A model generated the notes under the pieces. The model did no database searches. It saw only the letters and a list, made by a program, of their open reading frames with translations, and had not been told where the DNA came from. This document shows, in pieces, positions 28,078 through 42,198 of a DNA stretch of 64,000 nucleotides (positions within the stretch are counted from its first letter, which is position 1; every line of letters starts with the position of its first letter). Where the stretch lies: NCBI GenBank assembly GCA_964057225.1, contig OZ059896.1, forward strand, positions 14,198,001 through 14,262,000. The letters run 5' to 3'. A program made the position numbers and the translations under genes. This DNA is from Auanema rhodensis (lineage: Eukaryota; Animalia; Nematoda).

Positions 28078-29240
28078 TTTTATTAAGTTAATATTATTTT
28101 TTATATTTTCTTATAATTAATTCTAATTATAACAATCATACCAAAACTATTTATCTGTAATTGTACTTAAGCACTTGATCTAATATACTTCTCTCTCTCT
28201 CTCCACAGCTTTCCTTCTTTTCTTTCTCTCATTCTCACTTTTTCTTTTTTATCTTCTTCTTCCTATTAAGCTTGTTATCTACTCTCTTTCAAAACTTTAA
28301 TCGAATCTCAAAATTGAATCTCCATATGATTTATGATCTCTCTATACAATTATAACAAAATTTCTGTTTATATATTTTTATAATTTAACAAATATTTTTC
28401 TTCTTTCCCCTCCCCCTCTCCCTTAAAAAAGTCTGTAAAGATCCAATTGTTAGTTATCAAACATCACCGTTTTCAGAAAATGAAATTATATTTTATCGCC
28501 AATTTTCAATATCACTTTCTAACTTCAACTAAACTTTCTCTATCTCTCTCTTCCTACCTTTTCTATTTCTTACCCATTTTTGTTCATTCTTATCTTTCTT
28601 TTCATTACTCTTTTGCTTATGCAATTTAACAAAGAAAAGTTTAGATTATCATGAGTTTGTTCAAAAATCTCCTGATAAGCTTAATGGCGCCGAAGCAGCT
28701 TTTTATTTGGATACAGTTATAACTATCCATGTTAAGAGCCATAAATCTGTTATCATAGCATAAGTAGTGTCTCGAGTATTTTGTCTTTAATTTTCCAAAA
28801 AAATTGTTTATTTTGTTTATTTTTTCGTAAATATTGCATCATATATCGGGTTATCATTATATATCGGGTTAATCATATATGAGACATTCTGAAAATAAAC
28901 CTTTTTTCCCGTTTTCTTTATCAATTATTATATCAAAAAAATTATTTTTTTATTTAAAATATTGTTTGACGTTTCAGAATTATTTTATGAATAAACGCAT
29001 GAATGAACATAGGTCTCTGATAAAAGTTACAACCTTTTCTTCAAAAATTCTTTATATAATCAAAATTAATTGATATTATACATAATAAAGCAATTAAAAT
29101 AATATATTTATGTATATTTGTAAGAAAAATTATCAAAATTGAAAGAGAAAAATGAAGAAAAAAAGATAAAAATTTTAAAGAAAAATGAACTTATAGACTG
29201 TTATGAATCATATAGTATATGTGTATGTTATCTATACAGA

Positions 29241-29597
29241 TTATAACGGCTTAATTCCTTGATACCTACGAGATGAACTCCATAAATTCAATAAAGCCTT
29301 TTGTTGTTGATTATTCAATGGTTGTTGCATGAAACGAAGAAGACGAGCACGACGCTCTCGATCCGAAAATGGTTGAACTCTGAATTATCAAAAATCAAGT
29401 TATAACATATAGATTTGAGAAGGTTCTTGTAAGCTTTACCCAAAAATCTTGTCAAGTTCAGTGATTTGACTACCATTGTATGTTAACCGCATACTGTTAG
29501 ATGTAGCAATCTGTTGTAAAAAATGATTTTAATTTGATAGAAATAAGAAGAAACTTACCAACAATTGTGAAACAAGTAAAATATAGAAAATTAACAT
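29241..29597 (-). CDS. Small secreted protein / putative propeptide, 82 aa, 3 exons
   Basis: Exons 29559-29597, 29440-29510 and 29241-29379 have canonical GTAAGT..CAG and GTAAAG..TTCAG introns. Translation: MLIFYILLVSQLLIATSNSMRLTYNGSQITELDKIFGVQPFSDRERRARLLRFMQQPLNNQQQKALLNLWSSSRRYQGIKPL*. It is missed by the ORF track because each exon is short. Confidence 0.78.
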
Positions 29598-30918
29598 TTT
29601 GGTTGATGAAAAAAGGAAATGTAATAGAAACTATTTGAGAAATTCAAGTAATTTATATTATATTATATATATATATATAGTTATTATTATTATTTGTTTA
29701 TTTTATAAATATATTTGTTCAGTTGTTATATGTACCTAAGAACAAGCTTTTTCTATCAATGCATGTTTATGGTAACATTGAAAATGATTGAAAAGGGTAA
29801 AAGCTTAATTCAAAAATTGAAAAAAAAAAATAAAATAAATATAATTTGAAAAGAAATAAAATAATATTTTTGTATTTTTAAAAAATAAATGTTTTATTCT
29901 TTTATTTGTTTATTTATTTTATTTATATAATATAATAGAAATACATGTTTATATAATGTTGTATGTATAGTACATATGTATGTATGTATATCTAGAATAT
30001 GACTAATCAAATGAAATATCTATCTATCTATATTGAATTGAATTGAAAATAATTAAAAAGATTATAATACATGTATGTATGTATGTATGTATATACATAC
30101 ATATGTTGATAGATAGATAGATAATCATAATTATAAAGAACAATTGAACCTTACTATGTATACTTAAGACTGTTTCTATCTTTATAATAAGTTGTTCAAC
30201 AAATATATTTTCCATTTATGAAACACTTTAAGATTTTATTGTCATTCAAAGCTTAATGCTTTAAGTTCATAAATGATATATATTGATTAGGGACAATAAT
30301 TTATATTTCTTTATAAAAGAAGAAGAGAAAGAAAGTGAGAGAGAGAGAGTTAGAGAGAGTCATTTAGACTTCAAAGAAATTTTCTAATTATACTTTCAAT
30401 TTGAAAAAAAAACACTAAAAAAACCTTTTTCTCTAATTTTTTTTGCTAAATTATAAAAAAAAATTTAAATTATTTCATTATATAATTAAAAATATTATTA
30501 TTTATAAAATGAATGTGAACTTTCTCTTTTACTTTCATACTCAGAATTATCAAAGTGGGTGGGTGGATATGATTATTCACAACACACATACACATGTATT
30601 ACATTCTTTGTCCAATTCATCAGAACAATCTTCATTTACCAAGAAATATTGAAAGAAAATGATAAATTTTATGTTTTAATGGAAGATTATAAGGTAACGT
30701 AAGATTTTCTTATCAAACTATATTCTTATCAGATAGTTTAGTCATAAACTATGATAGTTTCACAGCAAATTGTACTGAAGTTAGTTGCTACAGTCTTCAA
30801 GCTAGGTTACGTTTCAGCTTCAATCAGGTTATATTCATGATTCTATGTTGCTTCATAAAACCACTTTTAGTTTTTTTAAATCTTTAGCCTATGCTGATCC
30901 CTCCCTCTATTTATTTCT

Positions 30919-30922
<4 letters not shown>

Positions 30923-30986
<64 letters not shown>
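30923..30986 (+). repeat. (CT)n microsatellite
   Basis: A near-perfect run. Confidence 0.95.
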
Positions 30987-31996
30987 TATTTTCTCTCTTT
31001 GTAAAGACATGAAAGAAAAACATTTTTTTTGTTTTTTAATTAATTGAAATTCGTTTTTAAATAAAAAAATATATTATATACAGTTTATATTTATAACTTA
31101 TTACCATATATACTTCCCTATTTCTTCTTTTTACTCTTATTATACTCATAATTTCTATTTCTTATTGATTATGAGCTGATAACATTCAAACGATATGGGG
31201 GTCGCTTCAGTTTCTATCATTCAATACTCATATCACAATACTCCATTTCTTGAACTAATGCTTTCAATATGTCTCTTTTTTTACTTTTTTTTATTATTTT
31301 TCAAAAATTCTTTATTTATATTTTAATTTTATTATAGAATATTAATATAAAAATATTATTTTTTTTTAATAATATCAATAAATATTACATTTATTTTATT
31401 CTTTCTCAACATTTAATTTAATAATTTATTATATTTTAAATTAATATATTTTATTTTTTAATTTTTTTTTAAATTTATTATATCTTTATTTCTCTTTTTA
31501 TTATTATTTTTCATATTAAACTCATTTGCAAAATCTATTCCTATTCTTTCTGATTAAAGTTTCTTGAACATACAACTTGTAACTTATTTTGTAAATTCCA
31601 AAATGATTGTTATCAATCAAGTATATTGTGAATTGCTTATTAACTATTTGAAGATATGATTCAGTTAGTTGCTTCATTCCTTTACATTCTTTTACATGTC
31701 TTTCTTCTTTTCATGTTAGTTCTTAAAGCTTATCAGTAATCTATTGAGACTCTTTTTCTCTTTTTCCTCTCTTTCTCTCTCTCGTTCTCTCTTATTCTCT
31801 CAATCGTTTTCTCTATTTCTCTCTCTCTCATTCTCGCTCTACTTTTGCAATAATTTTAAAAAATTTTATTTTATTGTATTGATATGAAGAATCAGAAATT
31901 AAAAATTAAAAAGTCTTCGAATTCTTTAAATTGTGTACAGAATGCAATAAGCAATAACTAACTTTGATTCTTCTTTTTTTCTAGATAGAAATCTTG

Positions 31997-34900
31997 ATGT
32001 TACGTTTCGCACCACCAAAACCCAAGAGGCGAGAACAGGAAACCGAGAGTTCATCATACTCCCATCAAGTAGTTGAAGTTACTGATTCTCATGAAGATCA
32101 AGCTGCTTCAACCCCTATAGTCGTATGATTTCTTTTTTTATTGTTTTCATGATTATTCTATGTTCTAGGGAGAAAGTGTTCATATTTCTCAAATAGAAAT
32201 AACTCCGTCTATACCGACGTCGCAACTCCCCAATACAGCTGATACAGAATCTCTCACATCTGCAGCTAGCTATGCGGCCAGGACTATGTTCAACTTCTCA
32301 TCGAAGCATATAGACGACTATAACACTGAGTCAGCATCTACTCCTATCTATGATACTCCAGCCATTTCTGCACCTGCTTACATTAGTGAACCACTGCACT
32401 ATAAGGCTTCATCTGTTAGCTATAATAAGCCTCTTCCTCCTCGTCTTCAAGATTATCATTCTCTCTCAGATTTGCGTTTTCCATCTACATACCGTCACGT
32501 AGTTAGTCCCAGCAGTGAGCTCGTCAAGTTTCAGATACCAATCCATCGTCGCACTGAGTCCTCCTCATCCCAACCAGAGCGGTTCTTTGCTCGCTATCAT
32601 CATCATGCGATACGCTCACCATATATTGACGAAACAACCGATAATCATTTCAGCACTTTAACAACACCAACTCATAGTCGTCAGATATCACATGATCAAA
32701 ACTTCACGCAGACAACAACTCGAGCAAGTATTCTCACCCAACTGACTCAGGAACAGTCAAAATCGGAAGAAGTTCTTCCAAAACTTGACCGCAATTATGT
32801 TCCTTATGCCGACTTGGATTACTCACAAAAAAAAGCAGAAGAACAATATACTGTAGAGATGATGAACTCACAAACTGAAACGGAAGCTCAGTTACAGGCT
32901 GAAGCTGAAGAACATCGAGCTGAAGCTCAGCGACTACGAGCTCAAGCCGACGAATTGCGTCGACAAAGTGAAATTGAAGCTCAGATAGAAGAGCAAACTC
33001 GTTTTACCGACCCTGCAAAACTGACTCATCATCATAATATCAGGGTTCTGAGTGTTGAAGATGTTTCGAACTTATCCCATTCAGTTTTAGAATATCAAAA
33101 AAATATTCCCATCTTTACCAACGTAAACTCGAAGAACGAGAGTTACGAAGAAGATTTTGTAAAATTCAGAGAAAACGAAACAAAATCTATGAGTCTTAAC
33201 GAAAACATGGAAGATTATCCAGTTGTTCGTGATTTGAATTATGAAAGTAATGTAACTCTTAGTGAATTTGAAACCGATTATCGTCCGTATCTATATAGAA
33301 CAGATTCCCATCGTTCTGAGTTCTATCATGTTGAATATGAGCCAGATTTTATTCTTTGGGCTGATGTTCCAAAACTCATTAAAGCCAACTTATTCTCAAG
33401 AGAATTACTAGAATTGGTTGGAATTTCACCTGAACAGCGTGGAGAGGATTTCAATATTATCTTAAGACGTATTGCTGAAGTTCGTCAAAATAATGAATCA
33501 AAGCGAACGATGGAAGAGAAAGATAAAATTGTTCTACAACACTATGAGGAAATCAACTCTTTACTTGAAGAGAAAAAACGGCAGGAAGAATTGGAAATAA
33601 AAAGACAAGAAGAAGCTAAGAGAGTACAGATTGAAAACGAACGAATTCTAATAGAGCAACAGCGTCAGCGAGAGCGAGATGCCCTGGAATTACAACAACA
33701 ATATGAGCGCGAAGCTCAGGCACAGGAGCTTCAACGACAATACCAAGAAGCTGAAGCCTTGCGCATACGTGAAGAACAGGCCTTGTTACAGCAACGTCAA
33801 CGAGATGCAGAAGCTTTGCGGATACGTGAAGAACAAGCCTTGTTACAACAGCGTCAACAGGAAGCTGAAGCTTTGCGCATACGTGAAGAACAAGCCTTGT
33901 TACAACAGCGTCAACAAGAAGCTGAAGCTTTACGTATACGTGAAGAACAGGCCTTGTTACAGCGGCGTCAACAGGAAGCTGAAGCTTTACGTATACGTGA
34001 AGAACAAACTTTAATAGAGCAACGTCAACGAAGTGCTGAACGTGAAGCTTATGAACGGCGTGAACGTGAACGATACACTTTAGAGCTACAACATCAACAT
34101 GAACGGGAAGCGTTGGAACAGTGTCGGCGTGAGCAAGCATTTTTGGAACAAGAACTCGAGCGTGATCGCAGAGCATTGGAATTACAAAGTCAACGTGAAA
34201 ACGAAGCTGTACAGCGTCATCGTCAATGTGAACAAGAGGTTACGCAGCTGAAGTATGAGCGTGAACAAAAAGAAATTGAACTTCAACGTCTGCGTGAGCA
34301 TGAATCTTCAGAGCTTCTTCGCCAACGTGAAGAGTATGAAAGTGAATTAAGAAGAATCCGAAACGAATATGAGAAAAAACAATTCGAACAGAATGAGAGA
34401 CATATTGCTGAACTTGAACATGAAAGACACACTTTTGAAGAAAAAGAAAGAGCTTTAAAGCTTGAACAAGAACGACTTGCCTCCATGGCAGTTACAACAA
34501 CAACAACAATACAAGAAGGGGTGAGGAGGACTTCAAACTAAAAAATATTTTATTTTAATATTAAAAAGAAAAATTAATAATAATTTGATTGCAGACGCCA
34601 TTACACCACATCAACTATTATGATAATGAGCCTAACTTCACCAGCAATGCTATTGAAAAAATGGCTGATAGTCTAACAACTAAAGTAATGGATGTTGAAA
34701 CTCTAATTGAAGAAGCAAATCAAATTCAAAAAGTATAGTTTATATCTTATTATAATCTAAATTATATAAATATTATAATTAGAAACATGATACTAAACAT
34801 CTATATGACAACATATATGAAGAAAGAATTTATGATAAAGTGAATGATACACTTCATCATCACTATGTAAGTTTTATCTAGTTTTAAAGTTTTTTTTTTC

Positions 34901-37622
34901 TTTTTTGAATTATAAAATTATTTTTAAAAATAATTATATTTATTTAATATTATTTAAGGATGATCATTATGTTTCAAGTTCAACCAATCAAAAGTAAGTA
35001 TTTAAAGTTTACGTGTAAATTAGCATAAAATTGACGTGACATTCATACAACCTTATTTTCAATTTTTTTTAACTGAAAATTGGTTGCTTTTAAACTATAT
35101 ACATATATAGTTATTATCATTATTATTATTAGTAATATAATATTATTTTCAGTGTTCATTATGCTTCTACAACAATCTCTCCAACTGCACCATCAAATGG
35201 TATTTTCTGTTTTATCAATTTTTTTTCAAAAGAAATTATGTTTGCAGGAGGATATATGATACCAAATAAGAAATACGTTGACGATGAACATATTTATGAA
35301 GATATTGAAGAGATTATTTCAGTTAAAAGTACTTTGTTATCAGTTAATATTTCAAATTTTATTATATTTAAGCTATTCCATTAACATATTCTGAGCCTAT
35401 CATACAAGAAGCTGATTCAACAACTAATAAAATAAATACTGATAGTAATCTTAGTTATAGTAAGTATTATATTTATAATATTATATATACAATTATATTT
35501 CAGCTTATCAGAAAAACATCTATGAAGATGTGTATGAATCTGTTGACACTGGTAAGGCTGCCGGAATAACAACTGAAACAATTCGTAATATGAGCCGTAG
35601 TAACCAATGGGATGAGGATATGACTATCAAGGTATAATACTTTACTTTCCCATAAGCTTTATATCTTAATCAATTATAATTCTATTAATCTATTCATAAC
35701 TCTCTTACAGACTCCTCCCACTCCAGGCTGGATAATTGGTGGCAATGTCACAGGTGAGAAGACATGCACACCGACTTATCAACCTTCTATCTTTCGACCT
35801 TCTACTTTTCCATTTTTATCCTCAGCATCATGCTCATCATGCTCTGATTTCTCATTTCCACCTACACCAGATGAATATAAGAAATCATCATTAACAACAT
35901 CATATTTTGATCAATATATTATCAAAACATTATTATATAAATTATTGTTTAGTCAAAATATGATGTCATCAGCATATCGATTTCTAATTATATTCATAAT
36001 AATCTCTTTAATTCCATCATTATTCCGTTTGTTACGATTGTTCAAACGATATATCTTCAATCGTTCAAGTTAATAATCAAATTTAACAGAATCAAAAAGA
36101 TTTCTTTTCAAATTTCAATTTTTCATTTGTATATTCTGGTAATATCCACCAGTTCAGCACTTGCACTTCACCCTTGATTATCTGTAAATTTAAGCTGAAC
36201 TTTAATTCTTTTTTTATTAAAATTAAGGTTACAATATTCTAAAAATATTTAAATATTTGCAATGGTTATTGTAAAATTATATATTTTCTTTTTGAAAAAT
36301 AGTTATTATTTTAGTACAAGCTGAACCAATCATCTTATCAAAAAGCAAAGAATTAGAAGAACAAGGTATTATATATTTAAATATTTATATTTTATTAATT
36401 ATATTCAAATTAAGTTTTCAAAGTTGTTGATGAAAATGGTAATCGTCATACCATTGAGCAAGTTATCATTGAAAATCCAACTGGAAAATCAGAAGAAGTT
36501 GAAGATAAATTCCATCGCGGTTATGTTGAAGAAAAACGAAGACTTTTTGAAGCGTAAGTTTAAAAAAATTAAAAAATTAACTAATTATTAATTTATTTAA
36601 AGAAATGCTGAAAGACATAGATTAGCTCAAGAAGTTTTACATCGTAATTCGCATAAAGCAGCTGAAGTTTCTTCCACTACACCTATACATAAGGAAGTTG
36701 AAGAAAAGGTTCATAAAAATTTTTCTATGAAAATGAATTGTATTATTCAGGTTGTACAACCTGTTCAAGCATCATCAATTCCAAAGCCTACTGTTCGTTC
36801 TGTTCATCAATTAGCTAAGTAAACTAAATAATATTTCTTTCTTTCATATAATTTATAAATTATAGGAATTTTGAAGCTTTATCTAAACACGATAATGCTC
36901 GTGCTGAATCTTCTGATTATCGCGCAATTGTTTATGAAGAAACAAAACAAGCTAATCTTGCTGATAGTAAGAGGTAATTCAAAATATAATTATTACAATA
37001 ATTATATTTTCATATATTTAGTGAGGCTGTTGTTGAATCTCCTACTACATCTATCGGACATGGAGTAGATGTAACTCCAACGTATCGGAGGATTCACCGT
37101 ACTGTTAATAGCTATGTGTAAGTAATTTTGAAATTTTGCAAAAACTATTTCACATAGTTGATTATACAAACTATGTGGAAATGTGTGCTTCTTATGCATG
37201 TACCATTTCCCTTTTTCCTATTTTTACCTGTTTCTTATCCATTATTGGTAATCAACCCGAGAGTCTTCACTACTCAAGCATAGCGGAATCAATAGCTTCA
37301 TCGTTTATTCTAGTCATATTCCTTCTGATGCTCTTTTAGCTGGCAGATCGGTTCACTATCTGATTCATCATGCCTACCCGATGTTGTTAGTCCCCATATA
37401 AAATCCCTTGGTCATTCATCATTAGATAAGTGAGTCCTTGGTACCCTTCAAAAGTCCTTTTCAAAGCCTTTCCATTATGGGATTTACCTTATAATATAAT
37501 TATGCACATGGTTAACAAGTTTTACTTTTAATATCACATTCCAGCGGTTCTACTGCTTCTTCAGTTACTGGATCTGATGATGCTGCTTCTTCTTCTGCTC
37601 ATCTAGGAACAACGAATCAACA
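31997..37622 (+). CDS. Large low-complexity/coiled-coil protein region (~1,290 aa, ~18 exons); positional candidate for an IFO-1-like intermediate filament organiser
   Basis: The ATG at 31997 (MLRFAPPKPKRR) follows a TTTCTAG acceptor. A 2.35 kb exon (32169-34520) contains the 751-aa ORF with an E/Q/R-rich helical rod. A chain of phase-consistent small exons then runs to 37545-37622, which ends in a phase-2 GTTAGT donor with no stop. The IFO-1 identity is inferred from position, size and composition only. Confidence 0.85.
33747..34030 (+). repeat. Coding tandem repeat, 57 bp (19 aa) unit, ~5 copies
   Basis: AEALRIREEQALLQQRQ(Q/R)(E/D) is repeated; units start 57 nt apart (33747, 33804, 33861, 33918, 33975). 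Confidence 0.95.
35711..36073 (+). CDS. Alternative terminal exon extension encoding a C-terminal transmembrane (tail-anchor) segment
   Basis: Reading through the GTGAG donor at 35754 keeps the frame open to TAA 36071-36073, ending ...SAYRFLIIFIIISLIPSLFRLLRLFKRYIFNRSS*. Confidence 0.6.
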   Translation, partial: TPPTPGWIIGGNVTGEKTCTPTYQPSIFRPSTFPFLSSASCSSCSDFSFPPTPDEYKKSSLTTSYFDQYIIKTLLYKLLFSQNMMSSAYRFLIIFIIISLIPSLFRLLRLFKRYIFNRSS

Positions 37623-40600
37623 GTTAGTTTCCTATTAAAATTTTAACGAAATTTTCAATTCCGGCCGAAATTGAAAACTATTCCGTTTGAGATATTTTTT
37701 TCTCATCAATTTCCATACATTTTTAAATCGATAATTTGAATATAGCTTCTTACTAACTGCATCCTAAGCAGTTCAACATCATTCTACTTATAGTTTGTAG
37801 ATTGAAAATAAAACAAAAATATATCATTATATAAGTAATATAACATATAATATAACATATATTTGAAATGAATGGCTTACATGCCAATTCCTTTTCTTTT
37901 TCTTTCTCCCTCTTTAGCATGATCGCCATCTTTTCTTTCTCTCTTTCTCTGTATATCATCTCTTGCCTTCTCTCTTTATTCTACTCCAGTTTGAGCTCAC
38001 AATTATATTCTAATGCTTGCCTTTTGCATCCTCTCAAAAGCTATAATGTCAATCAGGTCGTCGCATCTGTTCGCTCTGTAATTTTCTCTCATTCACCATA
38101 CTGCCTTCAGGCAATAATTGTTCGATTTTACTAATCGAAACCACATGATGATCCCACTGAGGTTTTATGGAATCAACCACAAATGTTTGTATTTTCAATA
38201 TCTTGCTCAATGTTTTACCTTATGACTTCGATGTTTGACTTGTAACAGTCAACATTGTACTCTGTAGACAGTCCGAATGGTTGCTCATCTTCTCTCTTTC
38301 TCTCTTTCTCTCCTTATCTCATATTCTCTGTTTTACTTTCTTACTTTCTCTCTCTCCTTTTCTCTCTCTCTTTCACTTCATTTGCCTTTTCCCTTTTGCA
38401 TCCAAACATGACGAGACAGCTGGCTGAGTAGTCATGAGGCTCCCGCAATCGACCTCTTCCTTTGACCATAAACGTGGTTAAGCTTCTGCTCTTTCATTAG
38501 AATATTGACTTTTCCTTCTAATTTTCTGAGCTTTTTTTCCTTTTGACATTCAAAAATGACATGTTGTTTCCGTCTGACATCATATTGTTGAAACAATTTC
38601 ATTTTTCCCCGATTACTTCATTTCAAAACAAACACGTAGAATCATCAATGCGAAATTCGCTTAGTCAGAATGAGAAAGAAAAACATTTAAAATCAACGAA
38701 ATTATTACTTTTTTCATCTTTCTTCTATATTTTTCTACTAACTATATATGTATATATCTAGAGATTTCATAAAATATTTGGATTATCTCTTATACGATGT
38801 CCTTAGATGTATTGTATTCTCATGTTATACTAGCTATATCTTGACCTTCATTCTTCATTTATTTCTCTTTTCTTCAAACTATTCCTCAACATTCTTTATA
38901 CTTTTCTATTAAAATTTTTATTTTACCCAAAGCAATTATGACTCAATGTCAACTATTCAATTCAGTTTTTTTTGTTTTTTTTTTCATTTATCTTTTCATT
39001 TTTCCCTAATTGGTCTTCTTCACTTATTCGAATAATTGTTTTTCAGGTTTTTAACCTTTATTTACTTAACTATTACATCTAATATGTATACTATGCTATG
39101 TCAAAGCTATTGATACTTCTGTTTTTCTTTTTCTTTCAAATAACTTTCGTTGTTTAAAGAAAAGAAAACATCTTTAAACAATTTCTTTTCAATATCGATC
39201 AGCTAATATTCTGAAATATTTATCAGAACTCATTTCACTTTTTCTTCTTCTTCAATCCTCTTCTTCTACTTTTTTCGTTGAAAAAGTTTTTTTTCATGTT
39301 CGTTCTTAAATGAAATCAACTTTTTCGATTCTCATAATGATTTCCTTCACTTTCTCTTCAGCTTATTTCAAGTTGAAAGCCTGATTTGGGCGACAATTTT
39401 TTTGTGAAATGCAATACTTACATCTTCAATTGTGATGAACTGCTCAAGTTTTAAAGGAAATCAAACTTAACGACTAAGAGTGAATACATACATGTGCAGA
39501 AGAAAAATATTTTAATATACCTTAAAGCATTTGAGAAAATATAATTATCAATCTATATATCTAACCATTCATTTACTATGCGCCGCTTCATTTCATATTC
39601 TTCTCTCGTCTTTTCGTCTTGAATATTAATATGACGGCAATGTGCGCGAAATCTAGCATTTCAATGGGTGAAAATGATAGAAATGGCATATTTAGACATA
39701 TACTATGTGTATATGTGTCCGGATCAAACGAACAAACAGCCAGACAGGCAGATCGACGTTAAAATGACTGAAATACATAGCATGGTGAAGAGACATGTGT
39801 ATGTGATTGAGGCATGTTGTATGGCTATTGAATGCGTGAAATCGATTAGATTGCCTGATGATTTTCGGACAATCGAATATGACAGTAGAATAGAGAGGCA
39901 GCGAGAGAGAGAGAGAAAAAAAGAAAGAGAGAAAAGAGTGAAAACATTGAAAACAGAGTCTGTAAAAGAGAAGTGAAAAGGCCGAAACCCATGATGGGTC
40001 ATTGAGAGACTAGTTTGACGTTGGATAGGTCAGAAAGCACCTCTATCCACAGTTCCACCAAAATCAACATGTTATTCCTTTAATAAACTCTATGTTATCC
40101 ATTTTCTATAGAGTATATTAGTATTCCTCTAATCGTATCATCCTCTAAACCTACATACCAGTGTTTCAAGTACGTAAATGGTTCAGCTGAAACTATCTAA
40201 TCTTCATTCCCTCACTTCTTCATCTTATAACAATGTCTATCCAAGTCTATCTTTGTTTTCTTTGTTGTCTTTTTTTTATTTTTCATGGTAAACTGCAGAG
40301 TATAGAACTTGTGAGTTAAACTGAATATTTCATTGGCGAAAATTCTTTGCTCCAAAAGACTTCAACGTCTTCCACATCTACTAGTTTGCTTTAAGTTGCT
40401 CCAAATACACAATTTTGCTTGGAACAACAAGTCTAAACGGAACCATTACAATGCTACTTTATGGATTTTTCCCAATTTGTTTTTCAAAGAATTTTTGTGG
40501 CAATAACCGTTAAGATTGAAGATATTTTTTGCAAAAGTGCATGTTATACAAACATTTTTGATTATTAATTTATCAAAATCAATTTAAATCTAAATAGCAA

Positions 40601-42050
40601 TGAAAATATTTTAAATATTATGAATAGAAACAGGTTTTTCTTGAAAAAATTCAAAAAAATTCATTTTCTTTATTTTATTTGAAAGAAGAAAATATTTGTT
40701 GTATATAGACACAAAGTCGATGATGATAGAAGTCTTCTCAGTTAAGTTTATCTAATTACTATTCTTGTAGCTTCACAACCTCTAGATGGATAGAGGGAGA
40801 GAAAGAAAAGAAAAAAGATTCTTCTAAACACAACCAAAGACTTACAACTTAACTTCAACTCTACTACAACTTCTTTCTTATCCTACTTGTACCTTTAAAA
40901 CTCCTCTGGCTCCTCCTCCCTCCCCCCCCTCTCTCTCTGTTTCCCTCTCTCACTCTCTTTCTTTCTTTTGACAATAAATCGGTCTTTTATGAAATTGTAA
41001 AGATAAGGAACAAATTAATTTGAATATATCTTTCCATTTTGTGTTTTCTTTTATATGTTGGTCCCATTTTCATTTCTAATATTCTGATGCATATTGAAGA
41101 GACGATGGGAATGAAGCACGCTATTGGTATTTGGCCAGTAACATGCTTCATTCATTGTTTTCAAATTATTTTTTTTTTCTAAAAAAAACTAAATAGACAT
41201 ATAATAAACTATTTGGTTTTTTTTCTTTAAATTATATATTATTATTATTATTTCACGTCAAATTATTTAACGTGAATTATGTAAAATACTTATTTCTCAA
41301 TCTCATTTTCACTTCTTTATGCCTCTAGAGCGGTTGTGCTAGATGTGTCTGCTTCATCTCATTGGATCATGGTCTTAAAGTTTTCACCATCTATTTCATA
41401 ACACTGAGTGCTAGAAATTTGTGTGTTGGAAAAAAATGTATTTTATGAATGAAATACATGTTCATAATGCTCTTAGTTCTCCTCTTTCCATTTACTCTAC
41501 CTATAGCTTGTCTATTGATTGTAAGTTGACAAGCTTGAAGCCGTGGGGGATGACGAGAGAAAGGAAAATAGCATATAGGCGCCTTTTTCTTTCTACCACC
41601 AACTGAATATATCCTGGAAACAGATGCTTGAAACATCCTGAAACTCATACCTTTAATTTTTTTTATTTCAAACTATTGAATTAGCTTTAACAGGTTTCTT
41701 ATTTCATATTATTTTCTCAATTGATCTCACTTTTTATAAAATTTCAAATAAGAACTGATAGAAACAACCTTATTTGGCACAATCCATCAGTTCATATTTA
41801 CATTCTTCATAGCCTATCAAGTTTATATTATTTACCTCTTACTCTCCCTTTCTCTCTCTCTATGTCTTTTTATTTATTTTCATTTTTCTCTATCTCTTTT
41901 CTCTTCCTTTTTGGGCAATTTTATTCTTTTTTTTTTCATATTTTCTTCCAATTTCCCTACTTACTTCTCTACGTTTTTTCACAATTTTACTCATACCACT
42001 TAGCACAATGTTGTATACATCTTTGTAATCTCACCTTAATTTGTCTATCA

Positions 42051-42051
42051 A

Positions 42052-42090
<39 letters not shown>

Positions 42091-42139
42091 ATATCTCTCT
42101 CTCTTTCTCTCTCTCTCTATATATCTCTCTCTCTCTCTA

Positions 42140-42170
<31 letters not shown>

Positions 42171-42198
42171 ATATCTCTCTCTCTCTTTCTCTCTCTCT
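42051..42198 (+). repeat. Compound (CT)n/(AT) microsatellite
   Basis: About 150 nt of interrupted CT repeats. Confidence 0.9.

Noticed and set aside
33616-34486. Antisense and shifted ORFs of 186, 111 and 67 aa
   Set aside because: These are shadows of the 57-bp coding repeat and biased codon use in the rod exon.
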